Under the pieces are notes generated by a model, which did no database searches, was not told the DNA's origin, and was given only the letters and a program-made list of their open reading frames with translations. A DNA stretch of 64,000 bases, taken from contig CM060733.1 in the NCBI GenBank assembly GCA_030704615.1, positions 75,578,001-75,642,000 on the forward strand, written 5' to 3'. Position 1 is the first letter of the stretch; each line of letters opens with the position of its first letter. A program made the position numbers and the translations under genes. Origin of the DNA: Takakia lepidozioides. Its lineage: Eukaryota > Plantae > Bryophyta. Positions 10,500-21,851 of this stretch are shown in pieces.

Positions 10500-13400
10500 C
10501 TCTCCTCCTTCTTCACCTTCCGTTTCAGAAACTGGAGTTCCTGCTTTTCGTGTTCCATGCCAACTCTTATTAAAGATTTCTGTCAAATCTTTTATCCAGG
10601 GATGTACCTCAGATCTTTCACCTCGTGGTTGATCTTCTTCCCGTACCAATTCCCTTAATCTTTCTTGCAAAGAAAAAGAAGGAGTGGCATCCAACTCTAG
10701 TTCTTCCGGTATGGGTGATGTACTCTCTGATCTTAATGGTGTGAAGGTCCAGATGATTCCCCTATGTCTATTCCCCTCTCCCAAAGATATGGATAATTAG
10801 CTTTCAGATAACTTTCTCTTTTTGCTGAATATCTCTAGAGTCTAGCTTCTCTTTCATCATTCATGTCCCATGTCTTTCATTTCTTTAATGTGGCAGTAAC
10901 CAAAACTCTCTTCTGTAGTATCTCTCGTATATGCCTGCACCTCCACTGCAAATAAACTCGCATCAGGTAGTTGGTCATCTACTTCCGTGGCGGGCTCTCC
11001 TGTTGATAGGCGTGACAAGTGATCTGCCACAAGATGCAAACGGCCAGGCTTGTAAACAACTTCGAATTCAAACTCGTGCAAGATTATTAACCATCTTGCT
11101 ATCCTGCCACTTATCAAAGGCTTGTTCACCAGATAAATCAAAGCCCGATGATCCACATAAAACATAAACTTCCTTCCCTATAGATAATGCCTGAATTTCT
11201 TGACTGCATAAATCATTGCCAATGCTTCTCTTTCAGTGGTTGATTTCAGCACTGTTCAACAACCTGCTAGCATAGTACACAGGTGAATCTATGTTTCTTG
11301 TGATATTTTGGGCTAACACAGCTCCCAATGCTTCTCCTGAGGCATCACAATATACATGAAATACTACATGCCAGTGAGGGTTAATCAGCACAGGTGTAGT
11401 TGTTACTGACAATGTAAGTTCCTCAAAAGCCTGTTGACATTTAGCTGTCCATGCAAACACTGCATCCTTCTTCAAAAGCTTGCTCAATGGAGCTACCATC
11501 TGTGCATATCGTTTAACAAACCTTCTATAATAAATAGTTTGTCCAAGGAACCTCTTTAAACCCTTCACGTTACTTGGTGGTGGTGAGGCTTTAATAGCCT
11601 CTATCTTTCTAGGATCCACAAGCAGTCCCTTCTTACACACAATGTGTCCCAATAGTACCCCTGAGTTCACACAAAAAGTACACTTTTCTGGATTCAGTCC
11701 AAGACCTCTCATCCTGCATCTGGCCAAATATAACTCCAACTTCTGCAAGTGCTCATTCTTAGAGCTGTACACACTGAAGTCATCTAAAAACACTTGCATG
11801 AAATCATCCAAATACTCATGGAATGATTCACTTATCACTCTCTGAAAAGTTGCTGGTGCATTACAAAGTCCAAAAGGCATGACTTTGTATGCATAAGCAC
11901 CCCAGTCTGTGATAAAAGTTGTCTTTCCCTGGTCTTCTTCCGCCACTTGCACTTGGTTATAACCACTGAAGCCATCCATGAATGAGTACATCTCATGGCC
12001 TGCCACAATGTCCAATACAGCTTTTGTAAATGGCAAGGGAAAATGATCTTTCTTTGTACAAGCATTCAGCTTCTTATAGTTCACACAAGCCTCAGCCAAC
12101 TTCTTGATCTCTTCCCCAACCTTTTGTGCATAGTTGGGATTCATCTTGTACCTTGCCTGTTTGATTGGCACTGACCCTAGTTCCAGTTCAATCTTATGCT
12201 GGCAAATCTCAGGGGGTATCCCTTTTAGATCCTCATAGCTCCATGCAAATGCATCTTTGTATTTGATAAACAGGCTCTTAGCCTCCTCAAAGAATTCTGG
12301 CTCCAAGTCAGCCCCTACTTTCACCATTCTTGGTTCCTCCTCAGTTCCCACATTCACGTCTCTCACCTGCTCTTCAGCTGTGATTGTTCATCCAGCCACT
12401 ACTTCATCCTGTAAACTCACAGTGGCTGGTTCTTCTAGGATTTCCATTTCTCCCTCTCTCTCCTCATAGAAATGTGGTGGGCAACTACTTGTTTCCCCCT
12501 CAATTGGTGTTGCTGTTACTGCACCACAGCAGATACCTTTAAAACAACTTAGGCCTCCCAGTTGCATTTCTACAGCCTGCTCCCACTCTGGGTGTGCAGC
12601 AAATAGGGTAGCTTCCTGCTCCTCATCGAGTCCTCCCCTCCAGTCATACTCTTTGACTCCACGAGGTCTTCTGGTAACAGGTAGCCTACTAGATTTCTTA
12701 GTGGTGACCTGTATCTTGTGCTTCCCATCATGCACAGTCAGTAACTGGAATTCCATTCATGGAATACCCTGGCATGTTTCAGCCATGGTCGACCCAGCAA
12801 TAAGGAGTAAGCTTTCATGACATCATCCATTTTCAACACAGTCACTGTGATCTTAAAGATCATCTTCTGAATCTGTATCTTATCTCCTCTTATCAAGCCT
12901 AAAGGCTGTACACTCCTTTAATCTGCCATTGTTACTGTGAATGGGGCTGGTTTTATACTACTCAGACCAAGCTTCTGCCTTAATTGGTCTGTCATGATAT
13001 TCACTCCTGAGCCTCCATCTATCAATACATCAGTCAAGTCTGTGCTTCCAATTCTCAATTGGATTACTGGCATAGAATCATCAAAGTCCATGACTGTTTC
13101 TCGCCCTTCAGGCTTCACATTATAACTTGTCACCTTGCTGTTCAGGTCTGTGTTCTCTGTCACATGAGCAATCTGATTGATTGCTTGATACAGCTTGTGC
13201 CTACAATGAGGTGCCACAGCCAATAGCTGTCCAATGGTAATCTCAACTTGGGACTGGCATATTACTTCAGCCAAAGTCCCTTCATTACTCTGCACTTGCG
13301 CAGCTTTTTTCTTCACTTCACCTTCACCCCCTTCATCTTCTCTATCAGAGTCAAAAGAATCTGCCATAGGGATATCAGTATTCTTCTGCATTTCCCTTAT

Positions 13401-13700
13401 GGTATCAGCCACCTCCCTGTGCAGTTCCTTCTCATCTCTCCAAGCCTTATCATCTTCAAGCACATCACTGCCTTCTTCATTAGCATCTTCTTCCTCATCC
13501 ACTGGAGGTATTAGTCTAGTTTTGCTTCTGGTAACTATCATTGTACTTACTTCTGGTGCAAAACATGGCCTAACCATGTGAGCTGCCACCACTGGGCCCT
13601 CATTCACATGAGCTCTCATCTCATTTTGGTGTCTGATCCAGAATGGACAGGCTGCTTTGTGATGTATGGGTGTTGTCCCAACAAACAATGTATTCGCCTC
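10500..13700 (-). mobile_element. Ty3/gypsy gag-PR-RT-RNaseH remnant; no integrase seen
   Basis: Protease VLIDGGSGVNIM; RT DAFAWSYEDLKGI, KDHFPLP, MDGFSGYNQ, MPFGLCNAPATFQR, VFLDD; RNase H YCDAS..ALGAVLAQ, YYASR, DHRAL, ADHLSR. Frameshifts present. Confidence 0.93.
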
Positions 13701-14232
13701 TCCATGGGGGTCGTGGAAAAAAAAAACGTCGCAGATGGGCTGCTGTGTTCATAGATGATATTGCTGCAGACTCTGGAAGTGGTTCCTCTGAAACCTCCAG
13801 TAGTTCTTGAGGTTCATGTACCGAGGCTTAATAAATTATGTTTTGGTGTTGCTGCCATCCCCAAACTGTTTTTCAAGTTCTTCGCGCGTTCCCGTAAGTA
13901 CAGTTAGGGATTGCCTGGGGTAGGTCTTGAGATTCCGGCATTGGAAAATGTTTGTGGGTTGGAATGAATGAACTACTCTGCAAAAAAAGGCTTTGCTGTT
14001 AATATTCAATTCTCTAGCGGGCGATCTCCTCGTTCCAAAATCATGTCCTCAATCCTAAACCATCCACAAACCTACCAGAAAGAATATTAATGTGGGGGCG
14101 ATGAAGAGGGTTCTAAAAATCAGGACATAGGCGACAACCGATCCGCGGTAATAGGGGGGGGGGAGGAGCACGGAATTAGGGCCTGCACATGTGGATGCTT
14201 GCTGACGTGGCGTGAGCCTGGCCAGGCTCACA
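13700..14232 (-). mobile_element. Probable 5' LTR/UTR of the gypsy element
   Basis: Non-coding region upstream of gag, starting TGTGAG on the minus strand exactly where LINE similarity stops. No second LTR or PBS confirmed. Confidence 0.4.
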
Positions 14233-14239
14233 GGCTCAC

Positions 14240-14640
14240 GCGCAAGCATTCCCCTTTCCTCGGCAGTGTTAGGCGCATAAATGTTGACAAAACCTACAGG
14301 GTCTGAATCATTTGGGAACAGGAATGAGCAAAATTGCACCCGGCCTGGCTCCCAAAGCTCTTCTTTGTGCAGGAATTGTTTGAGGGAAGGGGCAAGCAGA
14401 ATAGCTGTACCTCCTTTTGATCCTTCATAGGACGGTTTCCAAAGAGCAGCCTAGAGAGGCCAAAGTTGGTCGGTTAAGGATGCAATGTTCTGGTGGTTCA
14501 GTTTGTGTTCTTGAAGAAATATCATAGAGTCAGATTGCTGGAGGGGTGCCAGCCAGGCTCTAAGTTTGGTTTTCTTGATACTAGAGTGGTCGGACCCTAT
14601 ACCCCTAATGTTCCAGGATGATAGATTAATCCTCATTTGG
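14240..14640 (-). mobile_element. L1-type LINE ORF2 apurinic-like endonuclease fragment
   Basis: SWNIRGI, IFLQEHKL, GGTAILL and VNIYAPN, with an internal stop. Confidence 0.85.
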
Positions 14641-15029
14641 GGCTGGGGGCAGGCTGAGTGGATTGGACTCAAATGATGACCTGGTAAAATGAAAACGAAA
14701 CTTTGTTCTTTTGTCAGAGGGCAGGAATGATGGAACCCAATCTATGATTGTGGGGAGCTTGAAGCACTGGAGTTCAATGAGCAACACCATTGTCTCGGAG
14801 AGGCCAGTATGCACAATGTCTGGCAATACTAGCGGATGAAAGCGAGAGCAGGGGTGCAGTTTGGTGTGTATGCAACAGGGTCTACTGGACAGTTGCATGA
14901 AGAAGTCAGAGAGAAGGACGAGTCTTAAGGGAATTGGGGTTTCAGCGGGTAAAGGGCCGGAGAAAGTACCTTGATTGGTAGGGAATGCAATAGAGGGAAG
15001 TATTTTCCAGTGATCCGGGCCGGCCGGCC

Positions 15030-15520
15030 GGCTAGAGAAACCGGTTTTTTTAACGGCTCTTCTCACACATTTTGGTGTGAAAGAGCCCGAGTTCACCCCC
15101 CCCCCCCCCCGGTGTTAGGTTAACCCAGTCCTTTGCACCACATGTGAATTTTCTTAATCCTGTGAAAAAAACCATCTCACACCAAACTCACACCCGATGT
15201 GGCAGTAGATTTAGGTGGCTCTTTTGACGGATATTTTGACGGCCGTTTTGACTGGTCAGTTCAACTAGTACTTTGACTAAGTAATCTTAACGGCTCTTTC
15301 TACGGTACTTATTACACCTCATTGCCACCATGTCTGCCACATGTATGTCAAAGGGAATGCCACGTAATAGAGTCCATCAGAATTATTAAATAAATAATAG
15401 ATATTAAGGGCTCTTCTTACGGCTTCTCTCACACAGATTTAACACCAGGTTCAAATCGTGGTGTGAACGCAATGACACAAGTGTGAACACTGTCACATCC
15501 ACTGTTCTGTTCCTATTGGA
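15030..15520 (+). mobile_element. Degenerate DNA-transposon (CACTA-like) end with subterminal repeats
   Basis: CTAGAGAAACCGGTTTTTTTAACGG start, repeated ACGGCTCTT/TTTGACGG motifs and a hairpin GGCTCTTCTCACAC..GTGTGAAAGAGCC. Confidence 0.4.
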
Positions 15521-15529
15521 CGAAAAGTA

Positions 15530-15790
15530 ATAACAATTATTATTTATTGACAAATGGTAAAATGAATAGTCATATTATTATTATTATTATTATTATTATT
15601 GTATATATATTCTTATAATAAATGGGATAGCACCCCGAAAGCCATTGGCTGCTTGATTTAATATTTAATATATTATTATATTATAATTTTTATTTATTTT
15701 GTTTCATTTTAAAAAAGTTTATTTAAAACATGGGACAATATTTGTATTATTAACCACATTGACCAGTAGTAATGTTATTAATATTAAATA
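15530..15790. repeat. AT-rich low-complexity tract with a (TAT)n microsatellite
   Basis: (TAT)n at about 15574-15600 inside very AT-rich sequence. Confidence 0.8.
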
Positions 15791-16145
15791 TAGCAAACAA
15801 CTAGCAAAATACCACATTCATGTCTACACAAGGAAAATTTGGCTTGATGTGGGAAAAATAAAGTTGCCCTTAAGGGGATCTTATCATCATACATGAGAAT
15901 GGCAAGAGCATCAATTCAAAAAATATGATTCACATGAGAAGAGTTGTTTTGTTCACCTGTCTCAGCAACCCTCAATCCATAAAGAAAACTAAACTAAACT
16001 TGTAGCACCTTCAATATCACGCGCGTTTAAGAAAATTTTCAGACCATAAGGTGGAACTTCCCTGTGTGTCACCCAATGTGGTCTGATTAGGGGTAACAGA
16101 GTAGTCCGGGTATGGCAACACAACCTCTGAAATCATGATCGATTT

Positions 16146-17697
16146 CACATGGACACGGTAATAGTTGTCTAGCACATTTGCTTTCGGAATGCTAGCAATG
16201 TATCCCACACCTGCCCTTATTTTTGGTGCACAAGGATCAAACAAATAACACCTTGTCGCCGATCTGAAACTGCAACAAAAACCAGATTCCCATATCAATC
16301 GAACCCTGGAGAACAGAGACTGACAGCTTGGCACTCCTGCAAAATGGCATTGAAGTTCTTCCAACAAACACCCCAACCCTACCTATTGCAGTACTTCCAA
16401 TTCTGAATTGCATCTGCTTGTCTCTATACTCCATGCTAACATGATCAAAGCTGGAACGGTGCTAGACCTTGTTGATATCAGGTTATGCATGGTCAGCATG
16501 GATGTGGTAGGACGATGTCACAAAACTACCTTTGTAGGTTGCTGGGCCTGCAGCTATGTGGCGATACATAGGGGGTGTATTGATCCAGCATGAGACAAGG
16601 AAAACAAATTGCACAAGGGAAGTACTTACACTGTGCGGATTTTGTTGGTCACCCTCTGGGTCAATCAGATCCACTGTGGTTGTAGTTTGATTGATAGCAC
16701 AATGATCAAAAAATTAGAATAGCATGAATGACACACAGTGTGAAGTAGCATTAACAATAAAAATCGTTGGAACTCTGGCAGCAGGAGGCCCTGGTTCGGA
16801 TGCCTTTGCAGACTGTTGTGATCCACTACCCATGGTTGCGCTCTTGAACAAGTAGTTGGGTTGCCCATAGGGTGCCCTGACACATACTCAGGGATGTTTG
16901 CAGCCTTGGATACACCCTCTAACCAAGGCAGTAACTCTTTCATAAGCCTCTTGCAGTTTGGCTAATCCCTCGACTTCCATGGATACGGGAAGATGCAATT
17001 ATTTGCAGGGTTGGGTAAGCAAGTGAGTGGGGAATCGTCCACCAGCAAAGTATTGGTTGGATTGTAATGGCTGTAGTCCTTCTAGAACTTACACAAGTTC
17101 TTGTACATGACAATTTTAGAAGGATTGACAGGGTCCACCATTCCCACAGGCTGGTCACAATAGTCTTGGTGAAGCACCATCTTTGGCTGCTTACCACGAA
17201 ACAAAGCTTTCACAACTGGAAGGACGTTACTCAATGACATGGAAGGCCATACACCTACATCAAAAATCTGAAGGCAGCGGTCCAGCACTCGTGACACCCA
17301 GGTCTGGAGGACAGTGGGCTCTAAGTATTCCCTTGGTCGTAGTCTAGTCTCACATAACAGTCCATTCAAGTCAAGTATAAGGATGTGTTTCTGCCTCTCA
17401 GATGCCGAAGGGCAATTACCTACAACTTGTACATGATGATCATGTACAAGAGACACATCTTTCTGTGGGGCACTCTGCAAATTCATGGAGACCGCACAAG
17501 CATATTAAAAGGGTAGTACATGTGTCGGCAGTGCTACTGGTGCAGGGGACAACAGAACTGATGAACACTTTGCAGTTGCCTCAACAATATGGGGGATGGA
17601 TTGAGTTCACCTTCAGACCAACCCTCCATGTCATCATCCCCCTCCATCTCTGAAAGCCCAAACAGTGAGCCTATTGTGTTTGGATTTGGTGGCTGTT
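16146..17697 (-). pseudogene. Second, frameshifted FCP1/NIF-like copy plus segment A
   Basis: 16765-17697 is a direct duplicate of about 8657-9610 (HILILDLNGLL.. with a frameshift); 16146-16766 is the inverse of 6400-7082. Confidence 0.85.
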
Positions 17698-17814
17698 AGA
17701 GGACTGCCAGGGACTTAGACATTTTTACGGGATCTGAGGAGTACCCTTAATTTTTGCACAGACTGAGACCAACAGGAGCCTTAGGGGTGATAACAGCGCA
17801 CTGTAGAGAGGGGT

Positions 17815-18168
17815 TACATAGCCCGTCACAGCCGACACAGCCAACACAGCCCGTCACAGTCGTCACAGCCAGTCACAGCCGACACAGCCATCACAGCCAA
17901 CACAGCCTATCACAGCCAACACAGCCCGTCACAGCCGACACAGCCAACACAGCCAACACAATCATCACATCCGACACAGCCATCACAGCCCGTCACAGCC
18001 GACACAGCCAACACAGCCCGTCACAGTCGTCACAGCCGACACAGCCAACACAGCCCGTCACAGTCATCACAGCCAGTCACAGCCCGACACAGCCAACCAC
18101 AGTCGCACAGCCAGTCACAGCCCGTCACAGTTTCACACAGCCAGTCACAGCTTGACACAGCTGTCACG
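17815..18168 (+). repeat. Minisatellite of 9-10-bp CACAGCC(GA/AA/CGT/AGT) units inside an LTR-like sequence
   Basis: More than 30 degenerate ACAGCC/ACAGTC units, preceded by TGTAGAG (17802) and followed by TATATAA and a 12-bp-stem hairpin (TACCACTTATTA-GT-TAATAAGTGGTA). Confidence 0.85.
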
Positions 18169-20583
18169 ACCATAGGGAACGGATAGTAGGACAGGGATGA
18201 GATGGTATATAAACGAGATCCCCCTGCCTAGTACTTACTAAGTTACCACTTATTAGTTAATAAGTGGTAGGCTCTGTAGGCGCAAGGCCCCCAAAAAAAA
18301 AACATAAACACAAACCATAAGTATATTAATTAATAGGGACAACAGAGTAAGCTGAATAAGCCCCCCACAAGTATGTGCCTCAACTTATTGGTACTCTTGT
18401 TCCCTATTAAAAGCAAGATAAATATGGCATCTGGATGCCTCTCATTTTAAGATAATAGGGTCTTCAATGGGCACGTGCGATGTGGCCGGTGGGCCCCGCG
18501 CACGGACGCCCGGCTCCCCAGCACCCCGCCCGCCCCACCCGCCGCTGCGCGCGGTCGCCCAACCGCGGGCGCGGCTGCAGCAACCGCGCCCGCCCCCCCG
18601 TCCGCCGCGCGGCCAGTCCCCCGCCCATGAGTCCGCTGCCCTCCAGTCTGCCAGTCTGCTGCTGGCCAGTCCGCTGCCCAGCAGTCTGCCAGTCCGCCAA
18701 TCTGCCCGCCAGTCCGGTGCTGGCCAGTCCGGTGCCGAGCAGTCTGCCAGTCCGCCAGTCTGCCCGCCAGTCCGCTGGCCAGTCCCCTGCCATCCAGTCC
18801 GCTGACGGCGCAAGATCGCCACCGTCCATTCCCATAACCCATCCGAGCCCTCCATTTTTAGGGTTGCGAAAATGGCAATGATCTTCCCACCAAATCCCGG
18901 CCGCTATCTTTTGACGGCTGTTTGTTGTCCGATGTTGCGGTAGGCGTTTCCATGCACGCGACTGTTCCTCTTTTGCGTGCGATGTTCATGATGATGATGA
19001 AGCGTGCGCTTGAAGATGAGAGGATTGTCTCGGCACTACAGCCACCATCGTGCATATGCTTCCACTATTTTTGCCTTCTTGTTGTGCTTTCGGGAATCTT
19101 CGTTTTATGGTTTGGTTCTATGTCATAAATATGGAAAATGCGGACATTTTTCGTCGATAACGTCCTCTGCTTGTGATCTGTCATGATACGTTTAGCCCCT
19201 TCGTACTGCATCCCTCATGAGAGCCTTCACAAGTTTAGTTCGTTAAAGGAACCCATGGGTAACATGGGCGCGAAAATGGTGGAAGCGTATGCACATGGGG
19301 GCGTGTATTGCAGATTTCGTATCGGACGATGGGACTGTTTATGTGACCAAGTATAGCGGCTTGCATCCGTCGTGCATAAGTTGTGGAAAAGGGTGGAGAA
19401 TCTGAAGAAACCCAGCTTTGTGATGGATCCACATGGTATTATATAAGGGATGGCAGCACAAAAAAACGATTCGAGTTGTCACGGAACACCATCCAGTCGT
19501 AAGGTCCTCAAACATCCACACGCACCTGCTGAATGCAGATGTTTGAGCCACGACGGGAGATGTGTGAGACAATTGCATCTGCAAATGCGCGTGGATGTTT
19601 GAGGTCCGTTGTGTCGCGAGTCTCTTCACAGTGGGTCCGCTGGCCCGTCAGTGCTCCGGATATTCCCCTTATCGCGTGCATAACAGTCAGTTTGGAGGCG
19701 GTCTGCTGGAAGTCCGTCTGTTGGGATATCAATCTGTTGCACTTGTGAATTTGTCAGTCTGTTGTGTCGGAAGTCTGTTGCACTAAGTCTGTTTGACTTC
19801 TTATTTTCCCTCCGGTCAGTCTTTTGGCTTGTTCTCCCGCCAGTCTGGCGAAACGTCCGTCTGCTGGACAGTTCTCCTCTATGGATATCAGTCTGTTGGA
19901 CTGTGCATGCATCAGTCTGTTGTGCCGCGAGCTGTTCGCAATGGGTGTGTTTGACTTTCCTGTTCTCCCCTTACTCTCTTTTGTCTTCATTCCGCTGGCA
20001 GGGAAGTGCCTCCAATATGAAGCCGCTTCGCCTCAGCAAAGTGAATAGTCCGCTGGACTGGCGGTCCGGTGGACTCTCGGCCCGATGGGAAATGAGTCTG
20101 CTGCACTTGCGAGGAGTGTGGATGAATTTAGTACGATGTGTTCGTTCGGTGGACGTATTCAATGCAATGACGGCGGATAGTTGGCGCCTGTGAAATCGCA
20201 CCACGTTGGCAGTGCCATGCCCGCTTTCCCCCTTCTACTTCTACTTTCTTCTCATGTTCCCTGTGCGATCGACTCCATTCTCTTCGCGCCTGTTTCTTCG
20301 CACAGTTTTGCACTGTTTTGTTTTCCTCTTTGCGTTTCCATCACCGTAACGAAAGACGACCGTTCTTCCCCAGGTGTGGAGGGTTGCGGTGAGCCGCGAA
20401 GCGTCGCAAACACGTTCGCCTTCGTAACAATTCGAAGTTCATCGGCTCGGTGAGGTTCTCACTTGATGCGGTGTTTCCATTCCATTCTGTGTCCTCTTCT
20501 TGCTTAGGGTGAGTCTTTTCATAGGACTTCTATCTGTCGCTCTGTCGCTCATTGTCTTTGCACCTTCGTTTCATTCTGCAGCG

Positions 20584-21620
20584 ATGGAGGATGCTTATGA
20601 AAAGGGTGGAGCGGACTGGTTGGATTTTGTGCACCGAACCAGACTGAAGAAGGAGCAAAGGTACTGGTACTCACCAGACGAGTTTGATCATAAAATAGTG
20701 TGCATTTGTAGACCTCCGCGCCCGGAAGCCCAAAAACTCGAATTGGCAGAAGGACAAGCTCTTCTGTCCTTTCTGTGAAGAGGTAATCAAGGACAAAATC
20801 CAACTAAATCGGCATTGTGTTGACACGGGTTGCAAGGAGACTCTTGCAATGATTCCACGGGTTGCAAGGAGACTCTTGCAATGATTCCACGGGATTTCAA
20901 GCCTTGGCCGATACTGAAAGAAATGTTGATTGTCAAAGAGACCACAATGTGCTTGCGCGGATCAGTGCTTGACCCCCCCACTTTCGAATTAGACAAAGTG
21001 CGCGCACGGTATGGCGCGTCCATTGTGGTGGCCCGTCAATGGAGGATTTGCAAGTGTAGGGAATGCCGGACGCTCCCAGAAAACGTAAACTGAGTGATGG
21101 GGCCCAAAAAAAAAAGAGGCAAAAAAATGAAAAGGCTGCAAGGTCTGCTCGCGAGGCAAGGGCAAAATCCACGCAACAGACTGAACTCCGTCCTGGGCGG
21201 CAGACCCACACCATCAGTACTGATACTGAAAGTGAATCTGCTCAGGGCCTGGAAGGGGTGACAAGTCCAGTGGACATTGACTTGCCTGACCAGACTCGGC
21301 AGCAGACTCACACAAATATCGCGACCCATGCCATCGGTTTAGGGTCAAAACCAAAAATTCAACAGAGCACTGAAGGGCCAGTCTGCCCTGTCACATTGCG
21401 CCTCGTTGACTTTGGGCTTTTCCCACCAGAGTGCCCACCAATTGGGGATCCAGACTTCTTCCGTTATTTCTACAGAGTTGCCCAGTCAGGTCTGCTACGC
21501 ACATTCATCCGACAGGCGGAACAGAACTGGTTGAATAGCTTTGAAGATGAAGATGACGATGATGAAGTAGAGGAGGTAATGGTCAGTCTGACCGCCCAGT
21601 TTGTTCTCTGTGCTGTTTGA
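20584..21620 (+). pseudogene. Frameshifted C2HC zinc-finger protein with a basic NLS-like segment and acidic tail
   Basis: A frame absent from the ORF track (20702-20855) reads KLFCPFCEEVIKDKIQLNRHCVDTGC (C-x2-C-x3-I-x5-L-x2-H-x5-C). Downstream are PRKRKLSDGAQKKKRQK and EDEDDDDEVEE. Confidence 0.55.
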
Positions 21621-21851
21621 GTCCATCATCGGGGTCACGTTGCCTATTCAGTATGGTCAGTCCGCTGCGTTCTCTCCTCAGTCCGCTGGCTCACTCCGCT
21701 CGTCAGTTAGTCTGTTTTATATCGCTACATTACTTACTGAGTCCGTTTGTCAGTCCGCTGGTCCAGTCCACTGGTATAGTCTACTAGTTGCCTCCACCCT
21801 ACGTACGCACGTTACACTCTGCTGGTCTGTGAGTCCAGTCCGCTGCATGAG

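Noticed and set aside
17754-18881. ORFs such as 17754..18155 and 18442..18881 as genes
   Set aside because: They are translations of minisatellite or GC-rich repeats, open in several frames.
20780-20900. FAR1/WRKY-like MULE domain suggested by TGCK
   Set aside because: The corrected frame fits a C2HC zinc finger better, and no MULE DDE domain is present.
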